Assembly: GCA_947632355.1 (NCBI GenBank)
Contig: CANROY010000004.1
Location: 1 to 39,727, forward strand
DNA length: 39,727 nucleotides
Direction: 5' to 3'
Source of the DNA: an uncultured Bacilli bacterium
GTDB lineage: Bacteria > Bacillota_I > Bacilli_A > RF39 > UBA660
Shown here: one piece after another, positions 7,883-17,058 of the stretch
Layout: each line of letters opens with the position of its first letter
Position numbering within the stretch: position 1 is the stretch's first letter
Made by a program: the position numbers and the translations under genes
Notes under the pieces: generated by a model
Databases searched by the model: none
Told to the model about the DNA's origin: nothing
What the model saw: only the letters and a program-made list of their open reading frames with translations

Positions 7883-8413
7883 ATGGAAATAAGTATAAGA
7901 GGGGATAAGATTGTTGTTACAGATGCAATAAGAGATTATGTAACAGAAAAATTTGAAAGACTTGATAAATACTTTGAAACACCAGAAGAAATTAAAGCTT
8001 ATGTGAATGTAAAGGTGCAAAATTTAGAACAAATTATTGAGGTAACGATTCCAACAACAAAATTTACATTAAGAGCAGAAGAAAGACACGAAGACTTATA
8101 TGCAGCCATTGATTTAGTGATGGATAAACTAGAAAGACAAATAAGAAAAAATAAAACGAGAATTAAAAACAAATATAAAAATAATGAAGTAGGTTTAAAC
8201 TTAGACTTTGAAGTAGAAAGCCATGAAGTTAATGATAATAAAATAGTAAAAAGAAAAACGATTGAAATGAAACCAATGGATGAAGAAGAAGCCATTTTAC
8301 AAGCAGAACTATTAGATCATGATTTCTTTGTTTTTAAAAATGTTGATGAAGAATGTGTATCTGTTTTATATAAAAGAAAAGATGGAAAATATGGTATTCT
8401 AAATGTGAAGTAA
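7883..8413 (+). CDS. hpf: Ribosome hibernation promoting factor, long form
   Basis: MEISIRG...ITDAIRDYV N-terminal domain plus a C-terminal dimerisation domain. Positioned upstream of secA, like B. subtilis yvyD. Confidence 0.9.
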   Translation: MEISIRGDKIVVTDAIRDYVTEKFERLDKYFETPEEIKAYVNVKVQNLEQIIEVTIPTTKFTLRAEERHEDLYAAIDLVMDKLERQIRKNKTRIKNKYKNNEVGLNLDFEVESHEVNDNKIVKRKTIEMKPMDEEEAILQAELLDHDFFVFKNVDEECVSVLYKRKDGKYGILNVK

Positions 8414-8437
8414 AGAAATTTACTTCCTTTTTATTTT
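8407..8437 (+). terminator. Rho-independent terminator after hpf
   Basis: 8-bp stem gaagtaaa/tttacttc, loop gaaa, then a T-rich tract. Confidence 0.7.
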
Positions 8438-8507
8438 AGTAAGATTAAAAAACTTTAGTTTTCCTAAGAACTATGTTATAATACTTTGCAGTGGAAGGTG
8501 AGACAAG

Positions 8508-10997
8508 ATGGGATTTTTAAGAAAATTAATTGATTCCGAATATAAAGAATTAAAAAGATTCGAAGGTATTGCTGATAAAATAGTAGCCTTAGATGAAGAA
8601 ATGCAAAAACTATCCGATGAGGATTTAAAAAAGAAAACAGAAGAATTTAAGAAAGAATTAGAAAATGGTACATCTTTAGATGACTTAATTGTACCTGCTT
8701 TTGCTGTCGTACGTGAAGCAGCGTATCGTGTTATTGGAGAAAAACCATTCTATGTACAAATTCTAGGTGGACTTGCAATTCATTTTGGTAATATTGCTGA
8801 AATGAAAACTGGTGAAGGTAAAACGTTAACAGAAACGATGCCAGCTTACTTAAATGCTTTAACCGGTAAAGGTGTTCACATTGTAACCGTAAACGAATTC
8901 TTAGCCAAACGTGACTCTGAATGGATGGGAAATATTTTTAGATTCTTAGGTTTAACAGTTGGTTTAAATTTACGTGATTTATCTCCAAAAGAAAAACAAG
9001 AAGCCTATGCTTGTGATATTTTATATTCAACGAATAATGAAATAGGTTTCGACTACTTAAGAGATAATATGGTTGTAGATGCTGGCGATCGTGTACAAAG
9101 ACCTCTTCATTTTTGTATCGTTGATGAAGTAGACTCTATCTTAATCGATGAAGCAAGAACACCACTTATTATTTCCGGTGGACAAGCCAATAATGGTAGT
9201 TTATATGTAGATGCCGATCGTTCTGTTAAAAGTTTAAAAAATGAAGAAGACTATACAATCGATGAAAAGATTAAGAATGTTTCTTTGACAGAAGCCGGTA
9301 GTAAAAAAATAGAAAAGTTCTTTCATATTGATAACTTATATGATATGAACAATACCAATTTAGTGCATCACGTAAATCAAGCCTTAAAAGCCAATTATGC
9401 GTTTAAAAAGGATATTGATTATGTTGTAAGTGATGACCAAGTTATTATCGTTGACCAATTTACTGGGCGTTTAATGCAAGGACGTCAATTTAGTGATGGA
9501 CTTCATCAAGCCATTGAAGCAAAAGAGCGTGTTACTATTAATATAGAAACCAAAACAATGGCAACGATTACATTCCAAAACTTATTTAGAATGTATGAAA
9601 AATTATCAGGTATGACTGGTACGGCTAAAACGGAAGAAGAAGAATTTAGAAATATCTATAATATGTACGTTATTCAAATTCCAACCAATAAACCAATTGC
9701 TCGTGTCGATTTACCGGATTTAGTTTATGCAACCATGAATGGAAAATATAAGGCAATTGTAAATACAATTAAGGAAATTCATTCCACTGGGCAACCAATT
9801 CTAGTAGGTACAATTTCCGTAGAAGCCAATGAACATTTAAGTAAGTTACTTACGAAAGCTGGACTAAAACACGAAGTTTTAAATGCAAAGAATCATGAAA
9901 GAGAAGCCGAAATTATTGCAAAAGCCGGAGAAAAAGGTGCGATTACCATTGCAACCAATATGGCAGGTCGTGGTACCGATATTAAACTTACTGATGAAAC
10001 AAAAGAACTAGGTGGATTATATGTTATAGGTACTGAAAGACACGAATCTCGTCGTATTGATAACCAATTACGTGGACGTAGTGGACGTCAAGGAGATGTT
10101 GGTACAAGTCAATTCTTTGTATCATTTGATGATGACTTAATGCGTATGTTTGGTACAGATAGAATTAAACAAATTGTTCAAAGTCTTGGTATGACCGATG
10201 ATCAATCGATTCGTTCAAAAGCGATTACAAGAAGTATTGAAACAGCACAAAAGAAGGTTGAAGGTAACAACTTTGATATGCGTAAGAGTCTTCTTGATTA
10301 CGATAATGTTGTAAATGAACAAAGAACAATCATTTATGAAAAAAGAAATGAAGTTCTAGATAATGAGAACATTCATGAAAGTATTTTAGACATCTTTAAG
10401 AATACAATTGTAACATTAGTTGAAAATCATATTGAACCAGAAGGCTACTTAACAGATGATGATAAGAGCGAAATTGTAGAGTTTGTAAATACAAATTACA
10501 TTAAAAATAACCTTATTGAAGTAAGTGAAATCGAAGATAAAAAAGAGGAAGAAATTGAAGAATACTTAAGTGATCGTATTATTAAGGATTATGAAAAGAA
10601 AATTAGTATTGCTCCAAATTTCCACGAATTTGAACGTGCTATCTCTTTAAGAATTATTGATTCTTTATGGGTAGACCATATTAGCGAGATGGAACATTTA
10701 AAAGAAGGAATTATGTTACGTGGTTATGGTCAAGTAAATCCATTACAAGCCTATACAATTGAAGGATTTGAATTATTTGAAAACTTACTTGATAAAATAG
10801 ATGAAAATACGGCGAGTTTCTTGCTTAAAGCGAATATTGAACAAAATACCGAACGTAAACAAACGAATGTAGGAATTGCTAATGATGGAAAAGAAAAAGT
10901 AAAACAAACTCCTAAAAAAGCCGAAAAGAAAATTGGTCGTAATGACCCATGTTGGTGCGGCAGCGGCAAAAAATATAAGCAATGCCACGGAAAATAA
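8508..10997 (+). CDS. secA: Preprotein translocase ATPase SecA
   Basis: 829 aa with Walker/DEAD motor motifs (MKTGEGKT, DEVDSILIDEARTPLIIS) and a C-terminal zinc motif CWCGSGKKYKQCHG. Confidence 0.98.
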   Translation: MGFLRKLIDSEYKELKRFEGIADKIVALDEEMQKLSDEDLKKKTEEFKKELENGTSLDDLIVPAFAVVREAAYRVIGEKPFYVQILGGLAIHFGNIAEMKTGEGKTLTETMPAYLNALTGKGVHIVTVNEFLAKRDSEWMGNIFRFLGLTVGLNLRDLSPKEKQEAYACDILYSTNNEIGFDYLRDNMVVDAGDRVQRPLHFCIVDEVDSILIDEARTPLIISGGQANNGSLYVDADRSVKSLKNEEDYTIDEKIKNVSLTEAGSKKIEKFFHIDNLYDMNNTNLVHHVNQALKANYAFKKDIDYVVSDDQVIIVDQFTGRLMQGRQFSDGLHQAIEAKERVTINIETKTMATITFQNLFRMYEKLSGMTGTAKTEEEEFRNIYNMYVIQIPTNKPIARVDLPDLVYATMNGKYKAIVNTIKEIHSTGQPILVGTISVEANEHLSKLLTKAGLKHEVLNAKNHEREAEIIAKAGEKGAITIATNMAGRGTDIKLTDETKELGGLYVIGTERHESRRIDNQLRGRSGRQGDVGTSQFFVSFDDDLMRMFGTDRIKQIVQSLGMTDDQSIRSKAITRSIETAQKKVEGNNFDMRKSLLDYDNVVNEQRTIIYEKRNEVLDNENIHESILDIFKNTIVTLVENHIEPEGYLTDDDKSEIVEFVNTNYIKNNLIEVSEIEDKKEEEIEEYLSDRIIKDYEKKISIAPNFHEFERAISLRIIDSLWVDHISEMEHLKEGIMLRGYGQVNPLQAYTIEGFELFENLLDKIDENTASFLLKANIEQNTERKQTNVGIANDGKEKVKQTPKKAEKKIGRNDPCWCGSGKKYKQCHGK

Positions 10998-11690
10998 TAG
11001 GTTTTAAAAGAGTTTGCGAAACATTGACTTTTGAAAAAATCTTAAAAAATACCATTTAAAACTATAAAAATGTGCTCAAAATGTGCACAAAAAATTCAAT
11101 TTGTTCCCAAAAATACCAAAAAACCCCGTAAAATCAAGGGTTTTCCAATGATAACATTTTATAACATTGTAAATCAGCATTTGTGCTGGTTTTTCTTTTG
11201 TTTATTAAAAAATGATTTACTATGCTATTAACGACAACAATAAATTAGAAAAAGTAAATTAGTTAGCAGTGTTAAGGAGTGAAAAATAAAAAACACTCCT
11301 TTTAAAGTGAAAAAAATAACAAAAGAAAAAAAACAAAAAAATTTTGGCCACTACTAAAATGTAACATTTAGACTTATATAATAAAATTTAAAATAAAAAT
11401 ATGATATAGACTGTTCAGTATTATACGTGATATAATTTTCATTGGTAAAAACCTGCTTTCTATTGTTTATTATTTCAATTCAATTATAAAGCACTTTTTA
11501 GGTTTTTACCTTTTTATTTGATTTATAAGGCTTTCTTTTTCATATCTCCCCACTTTGGAAACACTATCGTGAACGTCTTTTTAAATGTCTTCTTTTAGAA
11601 CTTATGGTATACTTAAAACATAAATCTGTTTTTTCTTTAATCTTCATTTAATAAAAATAGAGTAAACTCATTTAGAGAGAAGGAATAAGT

Positions 11691-12374
11691 ATGAGAATAT
11701 TAATTGTTGAAGATGAAAAAACACTTGCAGAAGTAATGTCTAGTAGTTTAAAAAAAGAAAAGTATTCGGTTGATATGGCATTTGATGGTGAAACCGGTTT
11801 AGATGATGCTTTAAGTGGGATCTATAATTTAATTATTCTAGATATAATGCTTCCCTTTATTGATGGAATTGAAATATTAAAACAAATTAGAGAAAATAAA
11901 ATCGATACAAAAGTCATTATGCTTACAGCCAAAAGCGAATTAGAGGATAAACTAAATGGTCTTTATAGTGGAGCAGATGATTATATGACCAAACCCTTTC
12001 ATATCGAAGAATTAATTGCTAGAGTAAATGTGCAACTACGTAAGAATGAAGCTCAAAAAGTAGCAGATGAAATAGAAGCCTATGATCTAAAACTAAATGT
12101 TAAAAAATCAGAACTTCTTTGTACGACAACGAATGAAACTATTGAAGTAGGGTATAAAGAGTTCTTGCTTCTTGAATACCTAATGCAAAACAAAAATATT
12201 ATCGTATCAAAAGAACAAATTTATGATAAAGTTTGGGGAATTAACAATACAAGTGAATCCAATAACTTAGAAGCCTATCTATCTTTCTTACGTAAAAAGT
12301 TAAAGGCAATCGATTCAAATGTAACCATAAGAGCCATACGAAATCTTGGCTATAAATTGGAGGAAAAGCAATGA
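11691..12374 (+). CDS. OmpR/PhoB-family response regulator
   Basis: Receiver domain (MRILIVEDE, ILDIMLP) plus a winged-helix C-terminus (RNLGYKL). Confidence 0.9.
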   Translation: MRILIVEDEKTLAEVMSSSLKKEKYSVDMAFDGETGLDDALSGIYNLIILDIMLPFIDGIEILKQIRENKIDTKVIMLTAKSELEDKLNGLYSGADDYMTKPFHIEELIARVNVQLRKNEAQKVADEIEAYDLKLNVKKSELLCTTTNETIEVGYKEFLLLEYLMQNKNIIVSKEQIYDKVWGINNTSESNNLEAYLSFLRKKLKAIDSNVTIRAIRNLGYKLEEKQ

Positions 12375-13582
12375 AAAAATTAAAAATGAAAATCTTTTGG
12401 ACTATTTTTATCATTCTATCTTTTTTCTCTTTAAGTGTCCTTATGCTTTTTCAAGTACAAAATTATCGTAAAGAAAAAATAAACATTCAAGAAAACTTAA
12501 GTCGTTTGGGAAATGAGCCAGTTAAAAATGTTTTAAATGAATCGGATAAATTCAATAATCCCAAAAGATTTTTAGATGTTACGATGTATACAATTCTCCT
12601 AAATCGAGACAATACCGTTTTAGGAGTCATCAGCCATACAGAAGATGGAAGTGTTTATGAAGAAATAGAAGAGTTAGCAGAAAAGATTGTAAAAGAAAAC
12701 AAACAAAGCAAAAACAAAATAGGCAATTTGTATCTAAATCGTTATTCTTACTCTTATTCGCCTAGCAATCGTATTATCATTATTGATAATCAAGAAGTAC
12801 AAGAAAGACTTTTCGATTTACTTTCTATTTCCATTGCTTTTTATTTCCTTATAGAAATGTGTATCTTTATTGTTTCGAAATTCTTATCTAGATGGATTTC
12901 AAAACCTGTAGAAGAAAGTTTTAACAAACAAAAACAATTTATAGCAGATGCTTCTCACGAACTAAAAACACCTCTTGCTGTTATAATGGCTAGTAGTGAT
13001 GCGTTAAAATCGAACCCAAAAGAAAAGAAATGGTTAGAAGCAATTGAAACAGAAGCAGAACGTATGAACAAACTAATTACAAATTTACTTGATTTAGCAA
13101 AAGTAGAAAATAAAAAAGAAATAGTAGAAGAAGAAATCAATTTTAGTAAGTTAGTCGAAAAATCCCTTCTTACTTTAGAAAGCCTACTTTATGATAGTAA
13201 GATTGCTTTAGAAGAAAATATCGAAAAAGAAATTAATATAAAAGGAAATAGTGAAGAATTAAAACAACTCCTATCTATTTTAATGGATAATGCGATTAAA
13301 CATAGTAGCAAAAAAGGGAAAATAAAAGTAGAACTAAAACAAATAAAAAATCAAATTTATTTAACGGTTAGCAATAAAGGAAAACCAATTCCAAAAGAGG
13401 AAGAAGAAAAAATATTTGAAAGATTTTATCGAGGAGATGCTTCTCATAATCGAGATAGTAATCGTTATGGTTTAGGGCTTGCTATAGCAAAAAGCATTGT
13501 AGAGAATCATCACGGTACGATTAAGTGTTCAAGTAATAACGACTATACGACCTTTACGGTTTCTTTTAAGAAAGAAAAATAA
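12371..13582 (+). CDS. Two-TM sensor histidine kinase (HisKA + HATPase_c)
   Basis: ATGA overlap with the regulator gene. H-box FIADASHELKTPL, N-box MDNAIKH, G-box YGLGLAIAK. Confidence 0.9.
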   Translation: MKKLKMKIFWTIFIILSFFSLSVLMLFQVQNYRKEKINIQENLSRLGNEPVKNVLNESDKFNNPKRFLDVTMYTILLNRDNTVLGVISHTEDGSVYEEIEELAEKIVKENKQSKNKIGNLYLNRYSYSYSPSNRIIIIDNQEVQERLFDLLSISIAFYFLIEMCIFIVSKFLSRWISKPVEESFNKQKQFIADASHELKTPLAVIMASSDALKSNPKEKKWLEAIETEAERMNKLITNLLDLAKVENKKEIVEEEINFSKLVEKSLLTLESLLYDSKIALEENIEKEINIKGNSEELKQLLSILMDNAIKHSSKKGKIKVELKQIKNQIYLTVSNKGKPIPKEEEEKIFERFYRGDASHNRDSNRYGLGLAIAKSIVENHHGTIKCSSNNDYTTFTVSFKKEK

Positions 13583-13636
13583 TTGCATTCCGATTTGTTT
13601 TTCGATAAAATAATATTGTATATTCAGGAGGGAACT

Positions 13637-14830
13637 ATGGAAGAAAAAATAACTGCCAAAGTAATTGGCATCACAACAACTGATGAAGAAGTCATAAAAA
13701 ATACAAATGTAAAAGATTTAGAAATAAATGGGGGACATGCAGCAAATATTTGCTATACACAAAAAAGTTATGAAGAAATTTTAAAAGAACCTATTGAGAA
13801 AACCGTAGCAAGAGCAGAAGGAAATAAAAAGAATAGACATCATTCTGTCTTTGGCCATGATACCATTCAAATCTATTTTGAAGGCATTCCTAAAATCATT
13901 GCTATGATGATTAATAATGAAAAAGAGTACAACACATCAGAAAAATCTGGAAGATTTACAACTATGTTTGGTACCGAAGAAGAAAATGAATTGTATAATA
14001 AATGGAAGGCGATTTTCGTTCAAGAAATTAAAAAAGCGTATCCTAATGAAAATTATTTAAGTGATACAATGATTGAAAAGAAAGCCAAAGAAAATGCTCG
14101 TTACTTATTGTCTATTTTTATGAGAACGAAAATGAAATATACAACTTCTTTTAGACAATGGAATTATCTATATGATTTTACCGAAAAAATGATTCAAGAA
14201 GAAACTGATAATCCACTTAAAATAGCATTAAAACCTTATTTGGAAGAATTTAGAGATGCTTTGGAAAAAACCGGATTTATAACAAATGATATAAAGGATT
14301 ATCGAAATAGAAGTTTTTCATTAATTCAAGAGGATAACACTTTTGATACACATTTTAGTAGAAGTTACTCTATCAATTATGATGCAACAATCCCTGCACT
14401 TGCTGACTTACAAAGACATAGATCACTTGACTACTCTTTCTCTTTAAAAGAGAAAAAAGAATTTTATGTTCCGCAAATTATAAGACCAAGAAAAGATTTA
14501 ACAGAGGAATGGTTAGATGACATTTCTTCTATTTCTGAATTCCCTCAAGGAATGCTTGTCAATGTAAATGAAACAGGAAAATATGAAGATTTTATTTTAA
14601 AATTATATGAAAGAATTTGCACAGCTCCTCAACTAGAAGTTATGCAAATTACAAAACAAGTCTTAAACCAATATGTAAGTACTTTAGAGCAATCTAAAAG
14701 TGAAAACGATAAAAAGATTTTAAAAGAATTACTTCTTTATATAAAAGCTGCAAGATGTTCTTTTCCAAATTTTACTTGTACCGATCCATGTAGATTTAAG
14801 GAAGGAATCGAATTAACAAGAAAAATATAA
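13637..14830 (+). CDS. ThyX-fold (FAD-dependent thymidylate synthase family) protein, apparently a tandem-duplicated divergent form
   Basis: The N-half has HHSVFGH and SEKSGRFT (ThyX HxSxxEH and SxRY-like) but no RHR. The C-half has ALADLQRHRS (RHR motif) but no SxRY. ATG 13637 follows SD aggaggg. Confidence 0.55.
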   Translation: MEEKITAKVIGITTTDEEVIKNTNVKDLEINGGHAANICYTQKSYEEILKEPIEKTVARAEGNKKNRHHSVFGHDTIQIYFEGIPKIIAMMINNEKEYNTSEKSGRFTTMFGTEEENELYNKWKAIFVQEIKKAYPNENYLSDTMIEKKAKENARYLLSIFMRTKMKYTTSFRQWNYLYDFTEKMIQEETDNPLKIALKPYLEEFRDALEKTGFITNDIKDYRNRSFSLIQEDNTFDTHFSRSYSINYDATIPALADLQRHRSLDYSFSLKEKKEFYVPQIIRPRKDLTEEWLDDISSISEFPQGMLVNVNETGKYEDFILKLYERICTAPQLEVMQITKQVLNQYVSTLEQSKSENDKKILKELLLYIKAARCSFPNFTCTDPCRFKEGIELTRKI

Positions 14831-14935
14831 AGCACTTTGTTGCTTTTTTCTTTTGGAATGATAATAAATTTGCTTCCAAATATTGACAAAATTTGCTCTA
14901 AAAAGTAAAATAAACTTAAAGAAGGAGAGTAGTAA

Positions 14936-15850
14936 ATGAAAAAAGAAAAAGCCAAAAAAGAAGCAAAAGAGGTTAAAACACAAAAAGCATTAGTTACATC
15001 AAGAATTTTATTTATTTCTGTTCTAGATAAGATTTACTTAATCATTTTAGGATTATGGTTCTTAATTGGAACAATTGGAATTTTTAGAGGACATATTTCA
15101 AGCTTAAACTATGGATTCTTTAGTAGAGTAGGACGTGAAATTTTATTCTTAATTGTTTTATTCATTGCCTATTTAATACTAAACTGGTTCTACAGATGTG
15201 CTGCAAAAACAATGTTATGCTTAACAAAAAATGAGGTGTATAAAGAACATTACATTCCATTTAAAAGAAGTGAAGAAAGCATTCCATTAAATAAAATTAC
15301 GAAAGTATCAACAATCAATGTTTTCTGGATTTTTAGAACATTGATTATTCATCAATATCATAGTTTTCCACTTGTATTTATGACTTGGAACAACCAAGAA
15401 TTTAAAGACAAATTAAATGAATTAATTACAACAGATTCTGAAAAAGTAGAAAATGAATATGAAAGTAGAAATATTGTTACACAATCTATGTATAAATACT
15501 TAAGTTATGTAGGTATGGCTTTAGCAGGTATTGTTGTATTACTTGGTATTGTTCGCTTCTTTACTTATATCTTTAATGGAGAAAGAAAATTAGCAGGTAC
15601 TTATACATATGAAGAAAATACAATTAAATTAAATAAAAATGGAAGTTGTGAAATTACTGGACTTGTAGATGATGTTACAGATTGTGATTGGACTTATGAT
15701 AGTGATAGTAAAACGGTAACTTTAGATTATCAATATGAATATAGTTATTATTTCTCTAAATATAAAACAACCAATGATGGAACAAAATCTTTAAAATACA
15801 ATTCTAGTGATAAATCATTAGAACTTGGTGGAAATAAATATACAAAATAG
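14936..15850 (+). CDS. Membrane protein with a bPH (YdbS/YdbT-like) module and an extracytoplasmic C-terminal domain
   Basis: Lys-rich N-terminus, then a 2-TM hairpin followed by an ~80-aa region (LTKNEVYKEHYIPFKRSEESIPLNKITKV), a third TM and a Tyr/Asp-rich tail. Own promoter ttgaca-17-taaaat at 14883-14911. Confidence 0.5.
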   Translation: MKKEKAKKEAKEVKTQKALVTSRILFISVLDKIYLIILGLWFLIGTIGIFRGHISSLNYGFFSRVGREILFLIVLFIAYLILNWFYRCAAKTMLCLTKNEVYKEHYIPFKRSEESIPLNKITKVSTINVFWIFRTLIIHQYHSFPLVFMTWNNQEFKDKLNELITTDSEKVENEYESRNIVTQSMYKYLSYVGMALAGIVVLLGIVRFFTYIFNGERKLAGTYTYEENTIKLNKNGSCEITGLVDDVTDCDWTYDSDSKTVTLDYQYEYSYYFSKYKTTNDGTKSLKYNSSDKSLELGGNKYTK

Positions 15851-15855
15851 TTTGT

Positions 15856-15891
15856 AAGAGCTTGGAACAATTTCCAAGTTCTTATTTTTTT
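15856..15891 (+). terminator. Rho-independent terminator before prfB
   Basis: 12-bp stem aagagcttggaa/ttccaagttctt (one G-U pair) plus a T-run. Followed by extended -10 TGcTATAAT at 15891-15899. Confidence 0.75.
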
Positions 15892-15917
15892 GCTATAATA
15901 CTTCTAGGTGATGCAAA

Positions 15918-17007
15918 ATGGATAAAAAAGAATTAATAAGTAGTTTAAATACATTGTTAGATAAAATAAATGATTTAGGGAGGTCCCTTTGACTTAGAAC
16001 AAAAGGAAGAAGAAGTAAAAAGACTAGAAGAAATAGTAAATAGGGAAGATTTTTGGCAAGATGTAGAAAGTGCTACACGTACAAACCAAGAACTAACCTC
16101 TTTAAAAAAAGAATTAGCAAAATTTAAAGATACGAAAAAAAATATTGTGGATAATTTAGAACTTATCAACATAGTAGAAGAGAATGAATTAGAAACACTA
16201 CAAACAGAAGTAGAAAAATTAGAAAAAGAAATTGATGAGTTAGAAATAAGTTCTTTACTAAATGGTATTCACGACAAATTAAACTGTTATTTAGAAATTC
16301 ATCCGGGAGCAGGAGGAACAGAATCTTGTGATTGGGCTAGTATGCTTGCCCGTATGTATACGAGATTTTGTGAAAATAATGGGTATACCTATGAAATTAT
16401 TGAGAGCCAAAAAGGTGAAGAAGCAGGACTTAAAAGTTTTACGCTTTATATAAAAGGACTCTATGCGTATGGGTATTTAAAATGTGAAAAAGGCGTTCAT
16501 CGTTTAGTACGTATTTCTCCATTTGATTCGAATGCACGTCGTCATACCTCTTTTGCATCAGTTTTAGTAACACCAGAATACAATCAAGAGATTAACATAG
16601 AAATAAAAGAAAGTGATTTAAAAATTGATGTATACCATTCAAGTGGAGCAGGAGGACAAAGCGTTAATACTTCCAATTCTGCAGTTCGTATTACCCATTT
16701 ACCAAGTAAAATAGTGGTTACTTGTCAAAATGAGAGAAGCCAAATGCAAAATAAAGAACAAGCGATGAAAATGTTAAAAAATAAACTTTATGAACTAGAA
16801 TTACAAAAAATAGAACAAGAACAAAACAACTTAAAAGGAACAATGGAAAACATTAATTTTGGAAGTCAAATTCGTAGTTATGTTTTAGAACCTTATAAAA
16901 TGGTAAAAGATAATCGTAGTAGATATGAAACTAGTAATGTTTTAAAGGTTTTAGATGGAGATTTACTACCCATTATGGAATCTGTATTAAAAAGTAAGAT
17001 AGAGTAA
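15918..17007 (+). CDS. prfB: Peptide chain release factor 2, expressed through a programmed +1 frameshift (15918..15989 joined to 15991..17007)
   Basis: Frame 0 reads MDKKELISSLNTLLDKINDLGRSL then in-frame TGA. Frame +1 continues DLEQKEEEVKRLEEI... through SPF and the GGQ motif (SGAGGQSVN). Confidence 0.95.
15978..15993 (+). promoter_or_regulatory. prfB recoding site: internal SD-like GGGAGG, 3-nt spacer, slippery CTT TGA C
   Basis: gggagg at 15978-15983 and ctt tga c at 15987-15993, the same architecture as the E. coli/Bacillus prfB frameshift site. Confidence 0.9.
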
Positions 17008-17058
17008 TTGCAATTTTTAAGATTTCGTTTTACAATAAGAAACAATTTAGGTGGTTGT

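Noticed and set aside
11070-11231. 53-aa + strand ORF (MCSKCAQKIQFVPKNTKKPRKIKGFP...) downstream of secA
   Set aside because: No SD upstream, and it runs straight through two terminator-like hairpins. It is most likely chance in AT-rich spacer DNA.
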